Below, piece by piece: positions 1 through 12,300 of a stretch of 64,000 nucleotides of DNA. Both the position numbers and the translations under genes were made by a program. Numbering within the stretch: position 1 is the stretch's first letter; each line of letters begins with the position of its first letter. A model generated the notes under the pieces. It searched no databases and was not told where the DNA came from. It saw only the letters and a list, made by a program, of their open reading frames with translations. The DNA lies in NCBI RefSeq assembly GCF_040938485.1, contig NW_027271914.1:496001-560000 (forward strand). Reading direction: 5' to 3'. Source of the stretch: Diadema antillarum (Eukaryota).

Positions 1-382
1 GACGGGGAGTTTACACTGTGGCATGAGGGAAGCGTCTGTATCTCCACGGAAATATTGTACAGTCTGCAAAATTTGTCGTAAAAAATGAGAACAGGTATGG
101 GCTGTCCATAACATAAAGGGGAACGGCAACAATGAGATTTCAGCTCGATGGAGCACAGGGCAAAGTGAGGGCACTGTTTTTAAATGCAATAACCTTTCCT
201 TTCCTTCATCAGAAATATGCTAAATTTACATATCTGTTGCGAGTAGTCCGATTTATCGCTTACCCGTATAAATTCTCATTTTATTGTAGAAGTCCTAAAT
301 GCCTAGTCCCTCAGCTAGTATAAAACAAAGGGCTCAGATATTATATCATATCATAGTTATAAGTCCATAGATGAAAGTGCTG

Positions 383-770
383 TTAAAGGGATCGTATAGT
401 TTTGGTTGGGACTTAACTTACGGGTTTTATCATTTTTTGGTGAGATAGTAAGAAACCTCATGAAATATGAAAGAGCATGTAATTCCAAGAGGGATTCAAT
501 GTTTATTTGATGAAAATTGGTTTTGAAATGGCCGAGATATCCAAAACAGAGCGATCCTAATAAAGTGTGGGACCCACATTTTATTACGATCGTTTTGTTT
601 TACTTTGTTTTTGGATGTTTCAGCTATTCCAAACCCGATTTTTATCAAATAAACTTTGAATTCCTCTTAAAATGGTATGCTCTGTACTATTTCATAAGTG
701 TTTTCTTGGTATCTCGCAAAAAAGTTAAAGCCCGGTTTTCATCTCCACCAATACTGTACCATCCCTTTAA
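383..770. mobile_element. Non-autonomous TTAA-flanked DNA element (Kolobok-like MITE), family copy 1
   Basis: Starts TTAA-AGGGATCGTATAGT and ends ACTGTACCATCCCT-TTAA (imperfect TIR plus TTAA TSD). The internal sequence recurs at 27106-27478 and 57010-57203. Superfamily inferred from the TTAA TSD and RR...YY termini. Confidence 0.7.
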
Positions 771-1137
771 CCTGATTTGTGTTACATACTGCACAGATAC
801 ACAAGCAATTGATAACATCTCCTGTTCAGTCATCAGAATGAACCACCTTGTTATATTATAATGAAAATCATGAATGCCATTGTGGTGTGCATGGTGTTTA
901 CAACTTAATCAGGGTACCATTAAAATTGAAGAGCTACTCGAATTATTACAGACGTCCGGTCTGGATGGCATCCGTAAAACAGCTGTGTCATGCTACATGT
1001 ACCTGTGGGTATAGCCAACAGTACACAATGAAGATTAAGAGATAATGAGCATAGGTTGGTGTGAAGGGTGAATACTTGTATACGCCTCAGCCCCTGCTCT
1101 TGCATAAGCTTTACTTATATTCGATAAACCACTGTAT

Positions 1138-1627
1138 AGGCGTTTTCACATCAGCCCGATAAAAATCCAAGCTCGAGATATTTTTCGCGATTGCGAATTA
1201 GCGCACTATTTCATTTCTTATTCACATCAGCCTGAAGAGAAGTAGCTTGAAATTTTTTCAAGCTAAGTCGACAGCTGAACGTGTGCAAACAGCATCAGTA
1301 ATGTGTGCACTTTCAAAAATTTCTCATGCTTTGTGTGCAGTTTGCCTCAATCGATCGGGTCACACATGCTAGGCATGATGGGATGCATTGCGCTAATTTC
1401 TTGAGGCGCTTTCACATTATCATATAGCGCGCTAGTTCGCCAATTATCCCGCTATTTCAGAAATTTCCCGAGTTGGACTTGAGAAATTTTCTCGACTAGA
1501 GTGATAGAATTAGTTTGCTAATTTGTGTTCACATTATCAAATAGCGCGCTATTTCGTGATCAGGTTAATTTCCCAAGTCAGAAAATAGCGCGCTATTTCA
1601 AAACATCGGGCTGATGTGAAAACGCCT
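1138..1627. mobile_element. MITE with 23-bp perfect terminal inverted repeats
   Basis: AGGCGTTTTCACATCAGCCCGAT at 1138-1160 and its exact reverse complement at 1605-1627. Internal ATAGCGCGCTAT and TTCACAT repeats. Confidence 0.75.
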
Positions 1628-1807
1628 TGTGACTATTAAACGTCTGGCAGTTTCTACTCATTTTACGTATATTTCATTCACATTGTGCATCCATACGGTG
1701 TATCTTCATGATAGATCTGTATAGAAGACTGGTGTATGAAAGTCATACGAGTCGCACACTCGCAACTTTCTTTCATGATCTCAGATGTTATAGACCGTCT
1801 GTATTTT

Positions 1808-2010
1808 ACTGTAAAGCATATTTTGGCCGCATGAAATATCCATGAAATGGATGGAGCCAACAGCCTTAACACGGCATGAAATTTTGGCTAAGTGCCTCTG
1901 GCATTTTATGCATAGTAGTGTAGACAATAAACTTTCATGTGCATTTGAATTTCGCGAATCTTGGCTCTCACGAAATTAGAATGCACGCAAATATTTCTTG
2001 TTTTACAGTA
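1808..2010. mobile_element. TA-CTGT...ACAG-TA MITE family (CGCGAAA-rich), copy
   Basis: TACTGTAAA...TTTACAGTA termini with internal TTTCGCGA motifs. Related copies at about 7484-7727, 10015-10228, 34720-34910, 44947-45183, 46283-46495, 56560-56675 and 60476-60684. Confidence 0.65.
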
Positions 2011-2554
2011 AGTATGCATCACAGAAAGATAACCCCTCATGACAAAGGATTTTCATTAAACTTTGTTGGCCAATACTGTGCTGTTCTGCTGGTACGGTGC
2101 TATTGAGATTTTATGTAGGCAGTGAAAGTCTATGACTGGCAGGTTTTGAAACATGTTTGGTATTGAGAATCTTTAAAAAAAAGAAGGAAAAAGAATAACT
2201 ACCACAGTGTAGGTGTCTCGATCTATCAAATTGTCATCCCTCGAAATTTGTGACGAGCAGTTAATGTGATATTTCTTATTTGGCCTCAAATAGGCAGGAA
2301 GAATTATTAAAGGCCGATGTGAATATTTATGTGCCATCATGACTTTCACTTAAAAAAAAAAAAAGAAGCACAGCTAGACAATAACATCCTGATTGAAAGG
2401 CATGAAAATGTTGCAGGTATTAAAGATGTCATGTACGGGCGGGGTGGTGAAGTGAGCAACTTGTACAATTTTTGTATGATTGGCACATGCCAGTCATTAT
2501 TCAATGACAACAAACTTAACACTCTACCAGCTTATGAATGCTGGCGTCATGTGC

Positions 2555-2589
<35 letters not shown>

Positions 2590-3342
2590 GGGTGGTGATA
2601 GTGTGACAGAAATGAAGGATGCCATACTTTATGGATGACTATTTTTATGAACACTTCAGGTGGTGTAAACATGCTTTGACTGGATGTTATCGGCTAGCAG
2701 TCTGCAAATTGTTTACAAAAAATAAATAAATATGCTGGTTTCCACGAGGGGAAATTGATCTCCTCTTTGAGCATTAATATTGTTTATTTTTCTTCCTGTA
2801 CGATATCCCATTAAGGGGTCTACACAGTACTTGTGATGAGATCAACAAACTGATCCATCTTATTTGTGTTGCCTCACTAAACTTTTACTCAAACAATAAT
2901 CGCTGGTACATATTGTGGTCTTTTTTTTCTTTTGATGCAGCAGTGATAAATAGTTAAAAAGATTACATCCACTCAAAATAGTTACTCTTTTGAAATTACT
3001 GATAATAAAAGGGACACATACACTCCAGCTTTGTACAATAATGATGTAATGTGGAGTCCATCATCTTAATTCTTATCTACAATGCCACTGTTTGTCTGAT
3101 TCTTTACTTCATTCAAGTGCCTGATGGCAGAGTATTGGCAGTGTCCCTGGTGCTCATGCAAATCAATAGGACATCCGTTACCTCTTCATTTCCACTTTGT
3201 GTGATGTTCAGTTGTGCAATATGAAACACGTCTTTAATTGCTGAAGGTAACAAATACTGCTGTGAATGACAAGATTTCATGTTCCTGTGCTTCACATAGA
3301 TGAATTACCACATCTGTTCGCTGCTATTTTTTTGATCGACAG

Positions 3343-6300
3343 AATGAAATTCAGCTCATGCTTAACATGGGTGTGGATCCGTCCCGCATCATCTTTGCCA
3401 ATCCCTGCAAGCAGCGGTCGCATCTCAAGTTCGCTGCCACCAACAGCGTATCCCTCATGACCTTTGACAATGAGGCTGAGCTCCACAAGATCAAGAAGAT
3501 CTACCCAGAAGCAAAGTGAGTCACTACCACCACATACATGTACTTGCCAACTGTCCCTTATTAATTGGGACTGTCCCTATTTCCATCCCAGTAAAAGAGA
3601 GAAAATTTTTAATCATGTGTCCGTATTTTTTGTGGAAATGTGGGGGTGTTAATGTGCTGGAAATTTAGGAATGTCCCTATTTTGAAAGATATTCTCCTCA
3701 TTTGTCCATATTTCTTAGGTTTCAGGGTTGGCAGGTATGCCACCAGCATTTCAGTTGTGATTGGAGGATGGTGTTTGACCTTTATAGAAAAGGGATATCC
3801 TTATTGCCATGCTGACTAATAGCCTCTGAGCCTGTGAAATTAAAAAGTAAGGATATTCTGTATGTAGTCAGTTTCTTTGTTTATAAAAGAAAGGGGACCT
3901 ACATGTAAATTTTAACTGCATGTTTATTTAAGCTGAATTTAAGCTGAATTATGTATTCATTTTGGAGCAAGCGCCATGAGCGCCTGACTTGGCGGATACC
4001 GGCGCTATACAAGACTTCATCATCTTCATCATCATGATCATGTTATTAAAAAGACAGTTTTTTTTTCATACTAAGTGTACTCCATATCTTAAATTTTCTT
4101 TTAGTTTTTTCCCTTCATTTCAAGGCAGATAGGACAAACCATGTTACTTTTGTTCTGAGAAATGTCTGTGAATCCTGTTGGTGTATAGAAGGCATAGTAG
4201 GCAGTAGAACAGTCAAAACCATAAGAGTCAAAGCCTTAGTGGTCATGATGTCAAACCATGTAGTGGAATAACGGAACAGTTGCGAATAGTTTTAAACTAT
4301 ATGGACTAATCAGCGTGATCATGTCGGCATTAATGCTGTTTGTTCTGCGTGCAACATTTCCTGTGAGTCATGTGATGGCACAGCTGCATCCTGCCACTTC
4401 TTCACAAATTTCCTCTCAATTTGTTGGAAAATAACAGTAATTCCTTACTCTGAAAAAAAAAATAGGGAAGATAATTGGTGTAGCATGAGTTTTATTGTTT
4501 CCTTCACAAGATTTGATAGCAACAGGACTAGTCTTCTCCTACCATGTGATAGAAATGTGGTCGTGCATATCTTTTACTTAAAAGCAGTGGTAGGCTAGTA
4601 GAGATATGAGTTGAGAAATTACCCCTGCCCTTTTCAAGAAGAATCTGTCAGTTTAACATCAAGCCGTTCACCAAATACTCAGTATTACTATGTAGCCCTT
4701 GTGCTCAGGGGTCAAAGAATCCCCATTTTATACTTGTATCATATTACTACTTTGCAAGACTAAGGCACATAGGACAGTTGATATGCAACATGCAAAAGCC
4801 AAAGGGGTGACCAAAAGAAACTATGCCATTTTTGGCATCCTTCTCCCCCCTCCAATCCGTGATGAAAGCTTACTGTATAAAAACAGTCAAGATTTTATGA
4901 CATTACAAGTCCATATTTGGAGGTGCATTCAACAGTCTCCATGATATTGTAGTAGACCGCATGATCACAGAAATATTTTAATGCAGGCCTGTTTGAATGT
5001 CTGGACAAGCACATTCTAAAGCTTCTCTGATTGTGAAATTATTTTTTCCTCTTGGGATGCGAGTGCATACTCTCCTGCTCAGCATTCGAACAGACTTGTT
5101 GTAGTTACAAGGTCTGTATATTTACTGTATTCTGTCTAGACTGATTTTTCGTCGCAAAAATAGTTTGGGTCATTCACTTCATGGAATTAAGCCTGCAGCA
5201 TGCATTTACACTTGTCCATAGAGCTAGTATCGATGTGAATTCCACCTGGCTTCATTCACATCCCGCCCTATTGATAGGTGTACTTAAGGATGTTCTAATG
5301 TTACATTTTTGACCCCCTGTAGGCTTGTGCTCCGCATTCTGACCGACGACTCCACAGCCCAGTGCCAGCTGGGACTCAAGTTTGGCTGTCATCCCCGCCA
5401 CGCCCCCGCCCTCCTCCGCATCGCTCAGGATCTCGAGCTCAACGTCGTCGGCGTCAGGTGAGTGGCATCTCTCTCTGAAGTATTTTCCGTCATCACGCCG
5501 ATCTTCTTATAATGTCTATTCTCATTGCCGTTCATTTGCCATGTCATATTCTACCATATTTATGAGTGCTATTACCTTTAAGGTCAGGAAATTTGATGAA
5601 AAAAAAAATGCAGATTATTTGATATGAATGGTACTCTTTCTCTTTGAGAGAACATATTTGCATTTCACTTATTTATTTCTGTACCTAATTGGTGCTCGCA
5701 CACATGTCTTCATGGTTAGGAGAGGAGGAATCTCATTCATCACAGCAAATAGTTTAACTGGTATTACAACAGGTCATGTCAAGCATGCATAAGTTTCTTC
5801 ACAAATGTGCGTGATGGAGAAACATCGTGTAATAGCTTTTGACAGTACAAAGAACGTTTCTTGGAACAAATTCCGTGGTAAAGATTGACGCTCATAAAAG
5901 ATATTTACACAGTGCATCTGATAGCTATGATGACTAATTCACTTGCCGCTCTGAAATGCCTCGTTTGCATGTGTGGTCGAGAAGTGTAAAAACCTGGTTT
6001 TTCTGAGCTATCGTTATGAATTAGATTGATGGTGTATGCTGCACAAAATGCCTTCTGTGAAAAAAAAGGACTAATTTCCCGAGTTTGTTTGAGCTGTTAT
6101 CACCTTGACTGGGTTTTGTGTTCGTACCAAATCAAAAAGTTATAAAGATCTACTTGATTGCAAATCGTTTTAAACCAAAATTTCACCATTTTTATTGATG
6201 ATACTGAAGTGTTGGATTTGGCATTTATTATCCTCGGTAGCTTCCACGTCGGTAGTGGATGCCGTGATGCCCTGACCTATCTGGAGTCCATCCGCAATGC

Positions 6301-9300
6301 TCGCGAGATCTTTGACTTCGCCGCCGACCTTGGCTACAACATGAGCCTCCTGGACATCGGAGGGGGATTCCCCGGGCAAGCCTCGGCACCCATCACATTC
6401 GAAGAGGTAAGACTGATGTGAAGACTAACTTATATTTTCAAATACAGTGGAATTAATTGTATCTGTTTTTAAGGAAATGTGTGCATTGCAAAAAAGTATT
6501 CTGTAACAGGCCAAATCTATCAAGACTTGAACAAGCAAGATCAGTTTGTCAACCTGTTGTTTGTTGGAACTAGAAATTCATGTACTACTAGGTTAACTGT
6601 GTGAAATATCACTATTCAAGGAAGCAGTTGGTCAGTTTGTACCCAAAAGCATATTACCCATGTGACAAGCAGTTGGTAGACTGCATCTGAAAATTAAAAG
6701 AAGTTCAAATATCTAAAATGCATGAAGGTATAAACATTGGCGTTTGTTGATTCTTTGTTCAAAAGGTGCAGTAGCTGTGATGAATGACTCACTTGCCGCT
6801 CTGAAATGCCTCAGTGGTTTTGTGTGGTCAAAAAGTGAAAACCTGGTTTCTCTGAGCTATTGTTACAAGTTGCTGTTGCATGAAGACATTGCCTTGTACA
6901 TTCCATTAAACAGTGACAGAGGTATGTACTGAACTCCTGTGGGGGAGGGGGTATACAGGGAGAATCTTTTCCCCATTGTTACTCTGGATGTTGCTTTCTA
7001 CAGTTGTTGAATGATGCTCATGGCAGTAAATAATTGATATAGCTTATTTGTGGTGGTCAACAGGTGTTAGTGATTTACATAATGTTGAATCTAGCATCAA
7101 TTTGGCAGAGGGCGTCTACAACCTAGAATATAGCCAATGATGGGAGAGCTCATGGCAATCATGTTCATCTTACGTGCATGTATGTAGATGGCATCAGTCA
7201 TCAACAGGGCCCTCGACGAGAGCTTCCCCGTGGGATGCGGGGTCCGTATCATCGCCGAACCGGGCCGCTTCTATGTGGCCTCGGCCGTCACCGTGATGGT
7301 TAATGTCACCACCAAGCGGCTGGTGGCCAGGGACATCCCAACCTACAAGGTTGCTGAGAGCGATGGTAAGTTGAGATTTCTACCTTATAGTTTCGCTCAC
7401 ACTGTGGCTCTCGTATCAGAAATTTCCATTAGTGGGACCACTGTGGTGCTGTCGTCCAAGCTCAGGACTTTAAAGCAAATGAATACTGTATACGCCGAAT
7501 ATTTTGCAAGGTTTTTATTTTCCCAAATTTCGCAAGTCAGGTGCTGTTCGTGAAATTAAAGACACGCAAAGATATTGACTCTGATCCCGATGTGAATGTG
7601 ACGTACGCGTGTACACTTGTTCGCTCAGTACAGGACTCCACGATCACGAATTTAGCCACTCGCGAAATCGTCGGGAATTCTTGATTCGCGAAAATTTAGA
7701 CCCGCAAAATATGTGGCTTATACAGTAAATTGCAGAAAGCTTTTGTATCAGGCCACTCCATTAAAACTTCAACATGCAGGATCATTTTGTTGTAAAACTA
7801 GAAACATTGACCGCATGAAACATTTTTTTTTTTTTTTTTCGTGGCATGATAACTTCCACGAATTGCTACTGGCATTCAATGCTTTATATGGACAAGCACT
7901 TTCACATGCATTTTACTCGCACGAATCTTGGCTCACAAAATTCTAGAAGCAGTCGGTTGATTTGTTCCTAAAGTATTTTACCCATCCGACAAGCAATTTG
8001 ATAGAATACATCTGAAAATTAGGAAGAAGTTCAAGTATCTAAAATGCCAAAGGTAGTACTGAGTAACTATGACGTTTGTTGCTTGTTTGTATAGAAGATG
8101 CAATAGCTATGATGAATGACTCACTTGCCGCTCTGAAATGCCTCGGTGGTTGTGTGTGGTCAAAAAGTGAAAACCTGGTTTCTCTGAGCTATTGTTACAA
8201 GTTGCTTCTTCCTTGCTGTCATCTAAGACTTTGCCTTGTACGTGCCATTAAACAGTGAGGGAAGTATAATACTGAACTCTCATCAGACGATAGGAGTGTT
8301 ACGAGTTATGATTATATTCCACATACTAAGAATGTTGCAATAGGATTGGTCCAGAGCTGATCACGTGATGAAGCGTAGTTTTGCCCATCACATCACATGA
8401 GAAGAAAAGTTCGTTACACTCTATGTTGATAGTCCCTTTTGTTTCGCTGATCTCCACACAGTCCTAATGCAAGATGAGTATGCACGAAATAAAAGCGCAT
8501 TGCACTGTCGACTATCATGTGACCTAGGTCACTTGATAGTACACAGTGCAACGCACCTTCACTTCGGTGCCGCGCAGTGCGCGCAGCAAATTCATTGTTT
8601 TGTCATCTACGCGCACACGTAGCCTAAGCCCTAAGGATACCTAAAGACAGCTAAAACGGTTTCAGATGTGGAATAAAATGGGAATTTCTAGGACCCTAGA
8701 TATGGAATATAAAGCAAATAATCAACTTTTAGTTTCAGGCAATGAGACAAACTATCACTTCCTCGGCGATCTGAATGTGTACGCTATCTTTCCTCAGCTG
8801 CGCTTCGGAAAGAAAGCTACATCCAGACTGCCTCGGAAGTGATAGTTTGTACCATCACCTTCACCAACGTTGATTATTTGCTCACTATCAGTGAGAGAGA
8901 ACAGTGAAGTTTTAGACTTGTGCCCACTTGTATTGCAACAGGGATGTCACCCCATTTGCTGTCCCTGTGTACCCATTCTCTGTGTGTTTGTACCAGACGA
9001 TTGATAGAGCGTATTGATTCTATTATCTATAGACATCGTGGCAAACAGCGTCGCCCCAAGCAAGAAGGACGAGCCAGCCTTCATGTATTATGTCAACGAT
9101 GGCGTCTACGGCTCCTTCAACTGCCTCCTCTTCGACCACGCCTCGGTGGAGCCGGTCCTTCTCAACGTGAGCTTCCTTTTCTCACTCTACTTCCCATTCA
9201 AAAACTAGAAAAGCACTCACAGAGTGCAGACCTCTGCCAAGCAGCTCACTTCCACCCATATACGTGTACACCGAAACTGGCCCAATTTTCCAATAATGAT

Positions 9301-12300
9301 GAAGAACTCTTTCTAGTGTCTCGACTTTAGTTTCTTGCTGTGCCGAGAGTGCGCGTTCATTGTGCATATGCACACCTGAAAGTCGCACAACTTGAATTCC
9401 TTGTTGTTGGCCCTACTTAACAATGATAAAGAATCTATTAAAAAAAAAATCAGAGAAATTCTTGGATCCAGACAGTGATTTGTATCACTACCAAGATTTA
9501 ATCATCTGTTCCCTGTGTCATTATTAATCTTTCCTGTAAGTTTCATTCAAATCTAATTTTCAGCTTTTCAAGTTATTTTGTGAACAGTTGCAAACAGACA
9601 AACGGATGAACAAACTAACACGGCAAAGCATAACCTTCTTGATGGAGTTAATAAAACATTTGAACCTTGTTATGATAAATGCTGCTTGGGACCTGCGGGA
9701 TTTCCTTGTTTTATTGGAAATCTCATTATATCAGGGATTAAACAAAAAAAAAAATATCAAAGAATATGAAAGGAATGGGACCTGTATCATTACCTCATTA
9801 AAACAGGTATACAATGTATCGTTGTGATTTGACTCCACTGTAATTACAAAAGAACAATAGGAACCTCCATGAGAAAGCAGGGGATTCAGCATATTCCCAA
9901 AACTGAGGTGTCTTTTTCAAAAGAGTAAATGTTTCATCATATACACTGTGTCTTATCAAATGTATTGCCTTTGTTTAGCTGTTTTTAGGACAAAACGTAT
10001 GAATTACTAAATGATACTGTAAAAGTGGTTTCTTTCGCGGTGGTTTTATTTTCGTGCTTTTCGCGCTTTGAGGTTGAACCGCGAATTTAACATCACATGA
10101 AAATGTTTTGAACTTGTCGCTTGTACAACGCTATCATTACCGAACGCAAATTTAAACACACGCGAAAAAGTCTGCACCGATGGAAACCGCGAAAGTTTCT
10201 GTACGTGAAAAAAACCACTTTTACAGTAGTGAGATGTGATAGCATGAGTTTGTGACCTCCAAATGCAAAGGACATACCGATAAATAGGATGTTGTATTTC
10301 TGTCTCGACCTCCAGGAGCGCCCGGCAGACACACAGACGTTTTCCACCAGCATCTGGGGTCCGTCCTGCGACGGGATGGATCGCATCATGGAGCACTGCA
10401 TCATGCCTGAGCTCGACGTCGGGGAGTGGCTCGTCTTCCGAGGTACGTCACACTCTCTCTGTCTCCTCCTCCCACTCCATCTCCTCCTCCATCCACCTCC
10501 CTTTGTAGTTAAAGGCCATGTTTAAGTTGACTTGAAATGGTAGTGAAAAAAAATACAAATGGAATTTTATTTTTTCTTCAAACTTGGAAGTAAAATGAGT
10601 GTTATGAAATTTTATTGTTCCACATGTTTTTTACCCAGTTAGGATGATTTTTTTGCAAGCCACATATCGTTGCTGGGGTGACAAGACCTTGTATCTGCAA
10701 TTTTGGTGAAAATTACTTTTCTGGGTTAATGGTCAGATAATCAGTTAAGTGATGTCCTGTCCAAATCCTAGATGTCTTACCCCAAAAATGTAGCCACCAT
10801 AGCATGTCAAAGAAATGTCTATCCCATTGGATACAGTGCTTTGGCTGCCATGTTTTTTTGCTCTCGTGAACATTTGACATTTTGTAGATACGAGGTCTTG
10901 TCGCCCCAGCGACGATATGCAAATTAGCAGATGTGAGGATGTCATTTGTTTGCAACTGCTGTTGCTTTGTGCACAAATATCCTTATTTTTTGTCAATAGA
11001 TTAGCAAATAAAACACTTTTGTTGTCTAAAGTCATCCTTTGCTGGGTTCTTGCAATGCTATGAATATTTAATGTCAAGAGTACAAGACTGTCTTTTTATT
11101 TCTTTTCATTTTCCCGAGTTAATTTAGTTAAAGATAGGGGTGTAGGTCAAGGGGAGACTTAATCACTGTTCTGTGCACATGTTGTTGGCAGTAGTATTGG
11201 TTTTTCTTCGAAAAATGTGAAATGTTACAAAACCAAAAAATCTATTACATCTTGTTCAATAGATCTTGACTACTCTTTCTGATTTGCTTTGTCTATCGAA
11301 GCCAATATGAACATAGGATGGATAGCCGTGTTAAGATATGATTGAGGAAGACCATGCCGAAGAATGAATGCTGCTGCAAGCAATGTCTTCTTCTTCTATT
11401 TTTTTTTCTTTCTGTAAACTGCTTGGTCAATTCAGCAAATTTCCCATCCCCCCTTTTAACAGACATGGGCGCCTACACTCTGTGTGCCAGCTCCGAGTTC
11501 AACGGTTTCAAGAGACCGCGTGGTTACTACGTCATGTCCAACGTTTACCTGTAAGTCAAAGATTCATCGTCCTTGTGCCATGTCTGTATGGATGACATGT
11601 TGTTGTTGTTGGGGTTTTTTTTTTTGGGGGGGGGGTGCAAATCCTGACTGAAGTCCCTAGCAGTATCCAATTTCATGCCCTTTTGAGTGCAAGCAAGCTT
11701 CTCATGAATGGTTTTCGGTCACTCTCTTTCATTTTATTTGGGATTCCTGTGTCAAACATTTATCTATGAGCCTGCTGTTTGCCCTCTTTCATCCCAAACA
11801 TTCTGCATGATTGCTGTCAGCTTGCACTGAAAAAGTTGTTTCTTCAACCTTCTCTAAACCGATGATGTAAGGAGACAAAGCGCTGCCTGTAGGCTTAATC
11901 TTTCAGCCGTTCAACAAGGTGACGACTGTTCACTTGTGTACTAGACACCCTTCAGAGTACAGGGGGCATTTCCGTAGTGTTGAGAGAAATGAGGGAATGG
12001 GCAACAAGGTGTGCTTGCTTCCATGAACATACTTGTATCCCCTCCAGAGTAATTTGACTACAGACTTGCCTTACTTACACACTATGGCGTACCATGGTTT
12101 AGTCTAGTGGGCATTCGTACCCAAGATGCTTAGCCAAGATGTCTTGTAACCCGAGACAATTTCTGTGACATCATTTATTGAATGCATACACACTCTTTGG
12201 TTCTCCAAGAACTAAAGTCCCTTTTATGGTTGATGTAGATTGCCAAGTTGTCACAGCACACACACACACACGAGAGATAGTCCACCGAAGCTGTTGCTTT

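Noticed and set aside
4985-5097. H/ACA-like two-hairpin arrangement in the ODC intron
   Set aside because: The hairpins are weak, the hinge is too long and U-rich, and no pseudouridylation pocket could be identified by eye. It would need a snoGPS or Rfam hit.
8359-8454. A fourth C/D snoRNA candidate (GTGATGA 8365-8371, ATGA, ATGTTGA, CTGA 8447-8450)
   Set aside because: No proper terminal stem, no paralogue and no convincing guide next to either D box. The 5' part (ATTGGTCCAGAGCTGATCACGTGA) resembles repeat sequence also seen near 43365.
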